Shown piece after piece: positions 30,558 through 40,833 of a stretch of 64,000 nucleotides of DNA (position 1 is the stretch's first letter; each line of letters begins with the position of its first letter). Both the position numbers and the translations under genes were made by a program. Source of the DNA: a virus (Duplodnaviria; Caudoviricetes); the IMG/VR virus record IMGVR_UViG_3300001525_000092, positions 32,001 through 96,000 of that record; one strand, written 5' to 3'. The notes beneath the pieces were generated by a model, which was not told the DNA's origin, made no database searches, and worked only from the letters and a program-made list of their open reading frames with translations.

Positions 30558-31620
30558 TGAAGTGAACAATATATACCTTAAGTATGTTGATTCAAGAAAT
30601 AGAATAATTCCGAAGAAAGTCACACACATTACAGGAGAAGAAATAGAATGTCTTAGAAAATATTTAGTTAATTTGCCCATATCATATACTCCAGTGACAT
30701 TATTGCAACATATCAAAAATAAAGTATATGAAATAGGCAAATGCAAAAGATGTGGCAAACCTACAAAATGGCTAAAAAATCATTATCAAGAATATTGTTG
30801 CTTGCTATGCATGCAAAAATCAATATACGTGAAAGAAAATAGAATTAAGACAAATCTACACAAATACGGTGTCACCAACAATCTAAGAATAGATGATGTA
30901 GTCAAAAAAGCAACATTCAATTCTCACACAAAAGAAGCAATATACAAACAACAACAAACTAGATTAGAAAAATATGGCTACATAACTCCATTCCAAAATG
31001 AAGAAAGTATGTCATTAGCAATTAAAAGATCTCATACATCTAAAGCAGAAAAGAAAAGAAAAAATACTTTTTATAAGAAATATGGAGAAAATAGAAAAGA
31101 AATAGTAGAAAAATACAAAAATACTATGCTGGCTAAATATGGTGTAGAAAATGCTGGACAATTAAAGAAAACAATAGATTCTCATACAAAAGAATCAATT
31201 CTAAAAGGAATAGAAACTAAAAGAAAAAATCATACATTCAACACTTCTAAGCCAGAAGAAGAACTATACTTATACATAAAGTCTAAGTTTCCTAATGTGA
31301 AGAGACAGTACAAAGACAAAGAACGATATCCATATTACTGCGACTTCTACATTCCTGAGCTAGACTACTTTATAGAACTACAAGGTTACTACACTCATGG
31401 GAAAGAACCTTATAATCCTGCTTCTATCAAGCATCAAGCCTTAGTGCAAAGATACAGAGAAAGGTATGGTTCAGATTGCCAAGCAATCACTATATGGACA
31501 ATCAAAGATGTAGAGAAGAGAAACTGTGCTAAAGAGCATAATCTGAACTTCAGAGAAGTATGGTGCTTAGAAGAAGGAAAGAAATTTGTTGATGAATTAT
31601 TTGAAAAATCAATTAGCTAA
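30544..31620 (+). CDS. Putative homing endonuclease, paralog 2
   Basis: CKRCG..CCLLC, KYGV(T/E)N repeats, CDFYIPELDYFIELQG. Confidence 0.75.
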   Translation: MELSDEVNNIYLKYVDSRNRIIPKKVTHITGEEIECLRKYLVNLPISYTPVTLLQHIKNKVYEIGKCKRCGKPTKWLKNHYQEYCCLLCMQKSIYVKENRIKTNLHKYGVTNNLRIDDVVKKATFNSHTKEAIYKQQQTRLEKYGYITPFQNEESMSLAIKRSHTSKAEKKRKNTFYKKYGENRKEIVEKYKNTMLAKYGVENAGQLKKTIDSHTKESILKGIETKRKNHTFNTSKPEEELYLYIKSKFPNVKRQYKDKERYPYYCDFYIPELDYFIELQGYYTHGKEPYNPASIKHQALVQRYRERYGSDCQAITIWTIKDVEKRNCAKEHNLNFREVWCLEEGKKFVDELFEKSIS

Positions 31621-31707
31621 ATCTATATTACAATTACAAAATAAAGAAATGTGTTGCAACACACATTGACAAGTACAATTAAACAAAAACATTAAAAGTT
31701 AAATTTT

Positions 31708-32820
31708 ATGAGTAACGTAAACATGAATCAGAACGAAAACATTGAAAATGACATCCTAGGCTTCGATCCTACTCAACTCTCATGTTATCAAGAGCAGCCA
31801 CAGCAGACTTCTGGAGGTAATCCTAATATCTATCATCCGAAGCCAGCGCTTTCTAAGAGCGAAGACGGAGTTTACCGCGCACAAATCAAGGTGATTTACA
31901 ATCCTTTCGACTTGAAGAACTCTATCCTTGAGCAACAGAGCTATGCTCTTCAGGATAGCAACGGTTTCTTCTCAGTAGTTAGCTCATTGACTAACAATGA
32001 CAAGAATTGCCCAGTATTCAAGGCATGGAAGCAGTGCCACTTCTCTAAAGATGAGAAGATGCAGAAGCAAGCACTTCGCAAAGATCAAGGTGGACGTGGA
32101 TTGTTTGACAAGCGTTATGCTCGTTATGCTTTGATTCAAGTAATCGAAGACAATAATCAGCCTAATCTCCAGGGTTCTTATATGTTCTGGAAGCTTCCGA
32201 AAGCTATCTGGGAATCTATCAATGGAAAGATGGCACCAAGTCCAGAATCAAAGAAGGCTAGCATTCCAGTCATGGATTTCTTGTTTGGTCGTGCTATTGA
32301 CTTGGAGGTGACACCTGGTCCTGATGATCCAAAAGCACCTGAGCGCAAGACACGTGAGATTAGCTATAACACATCTGAGTTGACCGATGATGTAGTTAGT
32401 TGCACTAATCCAGATGGCAGTCCACTTCTCGATGATGAGCAGCAAGCTATCCTTGATCAGTATGTTGAAGAGATGACAAAGAAAGTATGGAAGCAGAAAG
32501 ATCCGGCATTGCGTGCTACAGCCATTGCAGAAATCAATGCAGAAGAGAACACAAAGAAACTTCGTGCTCTGTATCGTGATGTGATCGAGAAGATCAAGAG
32601 CTTTGCTCCGGACTTGATAAAGGAGCTCGGGTATCATGAGTGGTCCGATGATGTCAAAGCTCGTGTCAATGCATGGATCAATGTTGTTCTTGCTGGCAAT
32701 GACCCAACAAATCCATTGCCATCATCAACTCCAGCTCCTGCATCAACTCCAGGTGACAACACTGCAACACCTGTGCAAGATGCAACTGCTCCTGACACAT
32801 CAGATGACCTTCCATTCTAA
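31708..32820 (+). CDS. Single-stranded DNA-binding protein (T4 gp32-like)
   Basis: CPVF..W, KRYARYALIQVIED, FWKLPKAI, acidic DDLPF tail. Confidence 0.8.
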   Translation: MSNVNMNQNENIENDILGFDPTQLSCYQEQPQQTSGGNPNIYHPKPALSKSEDGVYRAQIKVIYNPFDLKNSILEQQSYALQDSNGFFSVVSSLTNNDKNCPVFKAWKQCHFSKDEKMQKQALRKDQGGRGLFDKRYARYALIQVIEDNNQPNLQGSYMFWKLPKAIWESINGKMAPSPESKKASIPVMDFLFGRAIDLEVTPGPDDPKAPERKTREISYNTSELTDDVVSCTNPDGSPLLDDEQQAILDQYVEEMTKKVWKQKDPALRATAIAEINAEENTKKLRALYRDVIEKIKSFAPDLIKELGYHEWSDDVKARVNAWINVVLAGNDPTNPLPSSTPAPASTPGDNTATPVQDATAPDTSDDLPF

Positions 32821-32848
32821 AACCAAAATAGAAAGGAATATTGCATAT

Positions 32849-32883
32849 AAGAGGAAATTCGAAAGAGTTTCCTCTTTTTTTTT
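32849..32883 (+). terminator. Intrinsic terminator
   Basis: GAGGAAATTC-GAAA-GAGTTTCCTC followed by a long T-run. Confidence 0.85.
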
Positions 32884-33017
32884 GATTAATATATTTTTAA
32901 AATTTTAAGATTAATCTATGTGTTGACTATAGTTAACAGCATCAAAAAAAGATTGAAATTTAGTTCAACTTTCCTATATTAAGATTGTAAAATTAATAAC
33001 TTAATTATTTTGATAAT

Positions 33018-33218
33018 ATGAATGTAGTAATGATGAATTGCATGATTGTCAACACAATCAATAGCATAAATAGATACAATGGAACTTCTTCTTATCCTAA
33101 CACAATGAAGAACAATGTAGTTAGAAAAGTTAGAAATGGAATGACATTAGAAGAAGTGAATCATAGCAGAAGACTTCGCGGACTTAAAGAATTTACAGAA
33201 GATGAATGGAACAACTAA
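33018..33218 (+). CDS. Small hypothetical protein
   Basis: Follows the promoter at 32952-32980. Confidence 0.5.
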   Translation: MNVVMMNCMIVNTINSINRYNGTSSYPNTMKNNVVRKVRNGMTLEEVNHSRRLRGLKEFTEDEWNN

Positions 33219-33993
33219 AATAAAGAACAAGATCCCATTGATTATATTTGGTTGCTCATTGCTAGGAGGATTGTCTGGAACTATACCTCCTATGTTGACA
33301 AAAGCAAAGAGTGTACAAGAGATGAGTGCAGACACTACCACTTGGAAGTCAATAAAGCTTGTCTCTACTATAAGAGATACTCTCACTATAGAAGAAAGAG
33401 TACAGAAGATAGAAGAGATGATGAGTGTAGACATGAACTTGATGACAGAGAAGACTTATACTTCTACTTCTCATACTTCTTCTACTTCTTTATATACTTA
33501 TGAGAATGCTAGAAGTAGTAGTAGAGGAAGAGAGTTCATCAAGCAGTATGAGTCTCTATTACTCAAAGCATACAAGCTCAAAGGAGAAAAGAGATATACT
33601 ATAGGATATGGACATGTCATATATGAAAATGACATTCCGCATTCTATCACAAAGTCTTATGCTGACAAGCTATTTGAGAGAGACATGAACAAGTTTGATG
33701 CATCTGTCAGAACTATGTTGTCTGAGCTTGACCATCGTTTCTTGTACACACAGGGTTTCGTTGATGGACTTGTCTCATTGACATACAATTGTGGACCTGA
33801 TGGTGTGAGAAAGACAAGGTTCTGGAAGAGAATGAAAGCATGCAGATATGACAAGAAGACTAAGTCAATCAACAAGCAAGACTTGATCTATGCCATAGAA
33901 GCAGTGAAGACTGCAAACATCTCTTCTATATATAAGAATGGTCATCAGAACAGAAGAAAGAAAGAGCACAACACTATGTTAGCAGAAGTTTAA
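33202..33993 (+). CDS. Phage lysozyme (GH24) with an N-terminal hydrophobic anchor
   Basis: FIKQYESLLLKAYK...YTIGYGH, DGLVSLTYNCG, RRKKE. Confidence 0.85.
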   Translation: MNGTTKIKNKIPLIIFGCSLLGGLSGTIPPMLTKAKSVQEMSADTTTWKSIKLVSTIRDTLTIEERVQKIEEMMSVDMNLMTEKTYTSTSHTSSTSLYTYENARSSSRGREFIKQYESLLLKAYKLKGEKRYTIGYGHVIYENDIPHSITKSYADKLFERDMNKFDASVRTMLSELDHRFLYTQGFVDGLVSLTYNCGPDGVRKTRFWKRMKACRYDKKTKSINKQDLIYAIEAVKTANISSIYKNGHQNRRKKEHNTMLAEV

Positions 33994-34014
33994 CTTATAA
34001 ATATTTTGATAATC

Positions 34015-34539
34015 ATGAAGAAAGTAACTAAAATTTCATTGACATGTGCAATAGTTGCATTTACCATCACATTCGTCGGAATGAACATCATCATTCGTTC
34101 TTGCAATGATAGCAACAAAGACAAGATTGAAGTAGTAGGTGACACTGTCTCATCTGAAGGAAAGGTGATGGAGTTTGAGTACCAGAATCACAAGTTCATC
34201 AATATAGTGAAGATGAATGATGACAAAGAAGAAAGCTTTGTAGTTCATGATCCTAACTGCAAGTGTATGACTAAGAAGCTCAACAATATCACTACTGTCA
34301 TCACTAACACTGACAATCATAACACTTATAAGTCTGATTCTATATCTAAAGCTAACTTTAGAGTGATCATAAGTAAGTTGAGTCAATTGTCAAGTGACAA
34401 TGCAATGATAGCAAAAGAAGTCAAGACACTTAGAACTGAAGTTGCTATGCTCAAGAAGATGAAGACAAATCCAGTCTGGAAGGTGCCAGTCAAAGCAACA
34501 AGTAAACCTACTAAGAAAGCACCTTCTAAGAAGAAGTAG
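34015..34539 (+). CDS. Membrane-anchored protein, possibly lysis accessory
   Basis: N-terminal TM, coiled coil and basic tail; next to the lysozyme. Confidence 0.45.
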   Translation: MKKVTKISLTCAIVAFTITFVGMNIIIRSCNDSNKDKIEVVGDTVSSEGKVMEFEYQNHKFINIVKMNDDKEESFVVHDPNCKCMTKKLNNITTVITNTDNHNTYKSDSISKANFRVIISKLSQLSSDNAMIAKEVKTLRTEVAMLKKMKTNPVWKVPVKATSKPTKKAPSKKK

Positions 34540-34543
34540 ATAG

Positions 34544-34645
34544 AATGCCGCCAGGAGTCGCCGGGCGGCGCCCGGCGGCCGCGAAATAGCTCGAGATATA
34601 AATTATATTAGGGCAACATTTTCAAGGCCGCCAGCGGCAAATTTA
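34544..34645 (+). repeat. Dispersed GC-rich element, copy C
   Basis: Same architecture; starts about 5 nt after a stop codon. Confidence 0.95.
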
Positions 34646-34756
34646 GACTTGTCTCTTGAACAGAGCCAAGCGATGTTCATTAACACTTGTTTATAAATTA
34701 GATTTTGAAATTTCTAAGCTTTGTTCTATATTCTTTATGCAAAACATAAAGATTAT

Positions 34757-34948
34757 ATGAATATGGAAATTATTGGTTTGTTGCTTAGTGGAATAGTTAT
34801 ATTGATAGTAGCATTTGTATGCATATTTCTGCTTAAGTTTGTCTTTGGTGGAATATGGTACATGTTCACATATGTCATTCACTTTTTCTTAGCTTGTGGA
34901 TGGTGGATCTTTCTCATCATCATTGCTTTGTACTTGTTCTTTTGTTAA
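34757..34948 (+). CDS. Small membrane protein
   Basis: Very hydrophobic; follows the promoter at 34704-34732. Confidence 0.5.
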   Translation: MNMEIIGLLLSGIVILIVAFVCIFLLKFVFGGIWYMFTYVIHFFLACGWWIFLIIIALYLFFC

Positions 34949-34964
34949 TTCGTTAATTTGATAT

Positions 34965-35219
34965 ATGATGGTAGATAAAGAAGCAGAGAAGTTCTGGTTA
35001 CAGAACAGAGACAAGAAGATGTTCAAGGTACATGTTGACATCACCATCCATGGACAGTTCACTAGTAGAGTGATACCTATGAGCATCAAGGTTCTTGCAG
35101 ATACTGAGCAAGAAGCTAAGAACATTGCAAGACATGTGAAGATATCTAATGTGTCTGTTCAAGATGCTAAGTTAGAGTTTGACTTTGGAAAATATGAGAG
35201 AGAACATAGAGACATCTAG
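34965..35219 (+). CDS. Hypothetical protein
   Basis: 84-aa ORF. Confidence 0.55.
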   Translation: MMVDKEAEKFWLQNRDKKMFKVHVDITIHGQFTSRVIPMSIKVLADTEQEAKNIARHVKISNVSVQDAKLEFDFGKYEREHRDI

Positions 35220-35484
35220 CATTAGACTGAAAGGAACAAAGTATGACTGGATAGCTACACTGCACATAGCAGTAGTAGTCTTTTCATACTTGTATGCATG
35301 GAATGCATGTCTAGCAGAATGGATCATGCCTAATCAGAGAGACAATGATTTGTTTGACATCTTCTTCTGTGGATGCTTAGGTATCATGTTGTTCTTTGCT
35401 TGGTTTGTGTTAGTAGGAGCATTGTCAGGAATGTTCTTGACTTTTGAGTGGTGTGACAAGAAATTGAATGAGACAAGATGGTGA
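35194..35484 (+). CDS. Membrane protein
   Basis: Two TM segments. Confidence 0.5.
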   Translation: MRENIETSSIRLKGTKYDWIATLHIAVVVFSYLYAWNACLAEWIMPNQRDNDLFDIFFCGCLGIMLFFAWFVLVGALSGMFLTFEWCDKKLNETRW

Positions 35485-35699
35485 GCAATTTTAGAATGTT
35501 TGGATATGACAACAACCCTATCGGTGTCTTGTCATGGTATGTGATATGTCAAGTGGTAGCTTACATCATATTGATGACTAATGAGTTCAAAGGAATAGAA
35601 TGCTTGCATGCAACATTTGGATTGTGTGCAATGTTCCAGTTTACCATACATCTAGTGTTTGTGTTAGGATATGTCATAGCTACAGGAGAAGATGACTAA
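35478..35699 (+). CDS. Membrane protein
   Basis: Two TM segments. Confidence 0.5.
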   Translation: MVSNFRMFGYDNNPIGVLSWYVICQVVAYIILMTNEFKGIECLHATFGLCAMFQFTIHLVFVLGYVIATGEDD

Positions 35700-35726
35700 T
35701 CATTAATTAATAGCTTATATGATAGA

Positions 35727-36758
35727 ATGGAGAAAGTAGAAAATAAGAAGTTCTTGATAGTGTATCACAAAGATGACAATGACGGAGTGTTCTCTGCAGC
35801 CTTAGTCATTTGGAATCTGTTCCATAACATGAATGGAATAGAATGGAAAGACATTGACCTCTTGCCTGCAGACTATGTCATCTTGTCAGACAAGTGGAAG
35901 TCTGGCGATGTGAGAAAATGGAAAGATGCATACGAGCACGTAATCATCACTGATGTGTCATTCAATGACTGGAAGGCAATGAAGTTCTTGCATGATGAGT
36001 TTGGTAACAACTTCACGTGGATAGACCATCATGCACCTATCATCAAAGAGAGTTTCAAGCATCACTTTGACAAAGCAAATGGAATTCGTGACACTCACAA
36101 GTCAGCTATCTTGCTTGCTTATGAGTATATGATAGATCCATTGAATGTGAAGCTTGACAAAGGAATAGAACCAAAAGTTCTTGGTGCACTGTCTGCTTAT
36201 GATTGCTGGAACTGGGATGGTCTTGGATATGATGGAGAAGAGTGCAAGACTATCAATGTTGCTGTCAATGTTCTTGTCAAGCTAGACATCATCAAAGCAC
36301 TTGGATTGATAGATGAGTGCATGAATTCTGATGGTTCTGGTTCTAACAAAGACAGAAACTGGTATAGTGACTTATTAATCAAAGGACATGAGTACAGAGC
36401 ATATCAAGTATATGAGTGGCAGAACTTGATGAAGATATCAGACAAGAACTGGTTAGTTACAGATCCAGACAATGGTACTGAGAGAACTGCTGCAGCTATC
36501 TTCTACAATGGACCTACTAATAGCATGATGTTCGAGAGCATCAAAGATGAAGTCCAGTGTGGCATTGTGTTCAAAGTAGACACTACTACTAACATCTGTA
36601 CTGTCTCTTTATATAACACTAAAGATGAGTATGCAGAAGAGTTTGACTGTGGTAAGTTTGCTAAAGAAGTGTACTCCGGTGGTGGACACTATGGAGCTAG
36701 CGGGTTTAATATTAGTTTAACAAAACTTAATAAGTTATTAAAATATAAGACATTATGA
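35727..36758 (+). CDS. DHH/DHHA1 family phosphoesterase
   Basis: YHKDDNDG, ITDVSF, WIDHH, GGGHYGASG. Confidence 0.85.
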   Translation: MEKVENKKFLIVYHKDDNDGVFSAALVIWNLFHNMNGIEWKDIDLLPADYVILSDKWKSGDVRKWKDAYEHVIITDVSFNDWKAMKFLHDEFGNNFTWIDHHAPIIKESFKHHFDKANGIRDTHKSAILLAYEYMIDPLNVKLDKGIEPKVLGALSAYDCWNWDGLGYDGEECKTINVAVNVLVKLDIIKALGLIDECMNSDGSGSNKDRNWYSDLLIKGHEYRAYQVYEWQNLMKISDKNWLVTDPDNGTERTAAAIFYNGPTNSMMFESIKDEVQCGIVFKVDTTTNICTVSLYNTKDEYAEEFDCGKFAKEVYSGGGHYGASGFNISLTKLNKLLKYKTL

Positions 36759-36952
36759 TGATAGTAGAAATTAACTTGGTTGCGTTGATTGCTCTTTGTG
36801 GATTAGTAGGACTAGGATTTGGTCTTGCTATGTCATACAAGAAAGAATCAGACATGTGGAAAGACATAGTCATGAACAAAAGAAAGTGATGAGACAATTT
36901 TTAACTATGACTGAGTTGCTCAGTCAGCTAAATACATAGATCTTTGAAATAT

Positions 36953-39355
36953 ATGAAAGTACGTAAGAGAGATGGTAAAGTCCAGGGCTTTGACTTGAAC
37001 AAGCCAATCAGAGCACTTGAGAAAGTGTACAAGAATGGAGTGAGAGAAGAAGTTCCAGATGGACTGGAGATGAAGTTTACAGAAGCCATCAATGCATGGT
37101 TGTCAACAATGAAAGAAGATGTTGTTGACATTGAGACTATCCAAGACTTCTTGAGAGACTTTCTCATGTCTGAAGGAGAGAGCAAAGCTGCAGAGCAGTT
37201 CATCTTGTACAGAGAAGAGAGGTCTAACTATCGAGAGTCAAACACTAAGCTAGCTAAGAACATTGCAACAAAGCTTTATGCTAAGAATGTTGTCAATCAG
37301 AATGCTAACTTAGATGAGAATAGCTTTAGTGGACGCATTGGTGAAGCAGGAGCAGTTGTATGCAAAGACTTTGCATTGAAGAACAACATGTCTAAGATGG
37401 CAAGAAAGAATCATGAAGACAACATGATTTATCAACACGACCTCGACAAATATGCTAGTGGGATGCATAATTGTCTTACTGATCCGGTTGATGTTCTTCT
37501 AGAGCATGGAATAGCGTTGAAGCAATGTGACATTCGGTCAGCTAATTCATTGAACACTGCATTTCAGTTGCTAGCAGTCAACTTCCAAGTACAGTCACTA
37601 GAACAATTTGGCGGAATATCCGCATCACATCTTGACTGGACTATGGTGCCATATTTCAGAAAGAGCTTCTTCAAGCATTACAACAACTGGTGTGATGGAA
37701 TTCCGATGATGAAGTGGGCTAAGCCTAGCATAGACAAAGACAAGATAAAGCATGCACCAGTGAATGATTGTCAATATGTTGGATATGGATTATTAAAGCC
37801 ATTGAAGAAGATGATATGGAAGAGAGCATGGAACTCAACTATCAAAGAGTTGAATCAATCTGTTGAAGCGACTTTCCATAATCTCAATAGTCTCCAATCT
37901 CGCAGCGGTGCACAATTGCCATTCTCAAGCATCAACTATGGAACTTGCTTCCTTCCGGAAGGCAGAGCAATCATAAGAGCATTGATAGAAGGATCTATGA
38001 AAGGGACAGGTAAGAACCACCATACTGCTATCTTCCCATGTTGCATATTCCAGTACAGCAAAGACATACATGGAGACAAGAATCATCCTGGTCCTAACTA
38101 TGACTTGTTCAGGCTAGCGTGCAAGTGCACTGCAGAAAGGATATATCCAAACTATGCGAATGTTGATTGGTCTACTAACTTGAAAGGAAATGAGTTTGAT
38201 AGAGAACAAAAGAAGAAAGCACTAGACATGCTAGAGACATTCAGCTCACATGATTATGCTGCATTTGCTAATTGGTTGTATGAGCATCCTGACTATGAAG
38301 ACTATCTTTCATTAGATGGAATTTACGACAATAAGACAGATTGCTGGACAATCTATGTGAGACCTGCAAGTCAGTTCACAAGATACGAAGTCATGTCAAC
38401 TATGGGTTGTCGTACTTATAATGGTTATGACATCAATGCAGATGCTGAGTATTTCTTTGACATGTTCAAGAAGATAGCAGAGACTGGAAAAGTTCAAGAC
38501 AACTGGCTTCTCTCTGCTAATCAGAAAGATGGTAGAGGAAACATCTGTCCGGTGACTATCATCATGCCTACACTTGCTATGATGGCAAAGGAGTCTGGTA
38601 GCAAAGATGCAGTAGAGACATTCATGAAACTGCTTGACAAGAAGATACATGAGGCAAGAGAGATGCTTCTAGAGAGATTCACATTGATATGCAGTCAGAA
38701 TCCAAAGTCTGCACCATTCATGTGGACAAACAACACTATGGTTGGTTACATTCTTGGAGAAGGTCCAGTATCAGCAATGAAGCATGGAACTTTAGCTATT
38801 GGTCAGATTGGTCTAGCGGAGACATTGCAGATATTGATTGGGTGTGACCATACAGAACAGAGAGGTCTAGAGTTAGCAAAGAGAATTGAGAAGCTTTACA
38901 ATGATAGATGTGCGGAGTTCAAGAAGAACGACAAGCTCAACTTTGGTGTCTATTATACTCCAGCCGAAGGTCTTTGTCATACTTCAATGAAGAAGTTCAA
39001 AGCAAAGTATGGTACTATTCCTCATGTGTCTGATCATGAATTCTTCACTAACTCTATGCATGTCCCTGTATATGACAATGTAGATTGCTTCAAGAAGATT
39101 GACATTGAGAGTCAATTGACTGGATATAGCAATGCTGGTTGCATCACTTATGTAGAGCTTCCTGCTAATGCTATCAACAACATTGATGCTATAGAAGAGT
39201 TAGTTGTCCACATGATGCAAAAGAACATCCCGTATGCAGCAATCAACTTCAAGCTGAATAGCTGCAATTCTTGTGGATATCATGGAATTGATGTGTTTGA
39301 TGAGTGTCCTAGATGTGGAAGTCATGACATCGAGCATCTGGCGAGAGTAACTGGT
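36953..39355 (+). CDS. nrdD: Anaerobic (class III) ribonucleotide reductase, exon 1
   Basis: N-terminal ATP cone, HDLD, NC, MGCRT, YYTPAEG and CxxC..CxxC; ends at RVTG. Confidence 0.95.
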
Positions 39356-39634
39356 TAGTAAAATAGCCGTTTTGGATAGTGATGTCCATCATTATTACTG
39401 GTCAAAATCGGTGGAGGACAATGATATATTGTCATTGCTTGATACCGAGATAAACTTATTAGTAAAGATAATAAGTCATTGTAACGCGTAGGAATTGAAC
39501 CTCAATAAAGAGAATAAAATATTCCCAAGAGTGACCGGCTCTAATATATTATCTTATATTAGATGAATATGTACGCTGAGCTCCTGGTGACAGAGAGAAG
39601 AACTTGATAAAAAACTAGTTCGATAACAAAACTG
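39356..39634 (+). ncRNA. Group I self-splicing intron (279 nt, no internal ORF) in nrdD
   Basis: 5' exon ends in U with P1 GGUUA/UAGCC (U-G wobble); P3 CUGGUCA/UGACCGG; P4 UCGGU/ACCGA; P7 GCGUA/UACGC; terminal G; splicing restores RVTG|YLS. Confidence 0.9.
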
Positions 39635-39724
39635 TATTTATCAACAGATGTTTCAAACATGAATGAAGGTAAACAAGCTGAAGTACATCATAGAATAGAA
39701 CATGTAAATCAGACATTGATATAA
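39635..39724 (+). CDS. nrdD: NrdD exon 2 (YLSTDVSNMNEGKQAEVHHRIEHVNQTLI*)
   Basis: Completes the RVTGYL glycyl-radical motif and the typical N.GKQ.EV..R..H tail. Confidence 0.92.
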   Translation, partial: YLSTDVSNMNEGKQAEVHHRIEHVNQTLI

Positions 39725-39733
39725 TAAAGATAT

Positions 39734-39763
39734 GAACTGCACTTAAGTGCAGTTCTATTTTTT
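39734..39763 (+). terminator. Terminator-like perfect 22-bp palindrome plus T-rich tract
   Basis: GAACTGCACTTAAGTGCAGTTC-TATTTTTT. Confidence 0.7.
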
Positions 39764-39807
39764 ATATAAATATACGGTAACCGGATTAATCCAGTAATAC
39801 TAAACCA

Positions 39808-40830
39808 ATGAACTATAAGAAAATTTATGATAACTTAATTGAATTTTGTAAAAAAAGAAAAAATCCTTATAATGTATATATTGAGTTACATCATATAGTA
39901 CCTCAATCTTTAGGAGGATTATTAGATGAAGATAATTTAGTAGAATTGACATTAAGAGAACATTACTTTGCTCATGAATTACTAGTAAGAATTTATCCTA
40001 ACGAAAATAAGTTAAAATATGCGTTATGGATGATGACAGTTACTACTATGTCTGCTATAAAGTATAAGTCTTCACATAGAGGAAAAAGAATAAGTGACTT
40101 AAATGAGTTTGATAAAGAAATAACAATATCATCAAGACAATATGAATACGCAAAAGAACAATATGTTGTAGGCAAGTCAACAAAAGTCTATTCAAAAGAA
40201 GAAAGAAAAAATGTGAGTATTGGTACTATTAAAGGAATGAAAAGTAAAGAAGCAATACTTGCGTGTGCTAAAGGATCAAAAGGAACAAAATGGTATACAG
40301 ATAAAAAAACGGGACAAACTTATAAATGGTTTCCAAATGATCCAATGATAGATTTATCTAAATATGAATGGGGTAGAGGAAACTTTTTTACAAAAGAAAT
40401 GAAAGATAAAGTTTCAAGTGGACAAAAATATCCTAAGACATGGTATAAGTTAATTAATACTAATATAGTTGTATTATATCCAAATGATGCAATAAAAAAT
40501 TTGAATACAAATATTTGGGATATTACAAAACAATCAAATCAAACAACAAAAAATAATTCCATAAAAGAAGAACTTAATAAAATATTGAGAGAATTTAATA
40601 TTAAGACAGACTTTAAATATTACAGAGACTTAAATATCTATCAAAATAAAAGACTAGGAGTACACAGAAATCAAGTAGTTCCTGGAGTTTATGAAATTCT
40701 AAATAAAATAAATATTAAATCTAAACAAGAAGTTATTGAGAATAAAGACAAAATAATAAAAGAATTAATAAATAATATTAAGTATATATTAGAAACAAAT
40801 AAAAAATATCTTACTTATAAAGAATTGTAA
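39808..40830 (+). CDS. Free-standing HNH homing endonuclease (T4 Mob-like)
   Basis: MNYKKIYDNLI...ELHHIVPQSLGG...NLVELTLREHYFAHELL; very AT-rich. Confidence 0.85.
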   Translation: MNYKKIYDNLIEFCKKRKNPYNVYIELHHIVPQSLGGLLDEDNLVELTLREHYFAHELLVRIYPNENKLKYALWMMTVTTMSAIKYKSSHRGKRISDLNEFDKEITISSRQYEYAKEQYVVGKSTKVYSKEERKNVSIGTIKGMKSKEAILACAKGSKGTKWYTDKKTGQTYKWFPNDPMIDLSKYEWGRGNFFTKEMKDKVSSGQKYPKTWYKLINTNIVVLYPNDAIKNLNTNIWDITKQSNQTTKNNSIKEELNKILREFNIKTDFKYYRDLNIYQNKRLGVHRNQVVPGVYEILNKINIKSKQEVIENKDKIIKELINNIKYILETNKKYLTYKEL

Positions 40831-40833
40831 AAC

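Noticed and set aside
38160-38400. Intein in NrdD
   Set aside because: The insertion is short and lacks Cys/Ser...His-Asn splice-junction motifs.
39765-39772. T4 late promoter TATAAATA before the HNH gene
   Set aside because: I noticed only this one instance, in very AT-rich DNA; the late-type genes here share a different motif.
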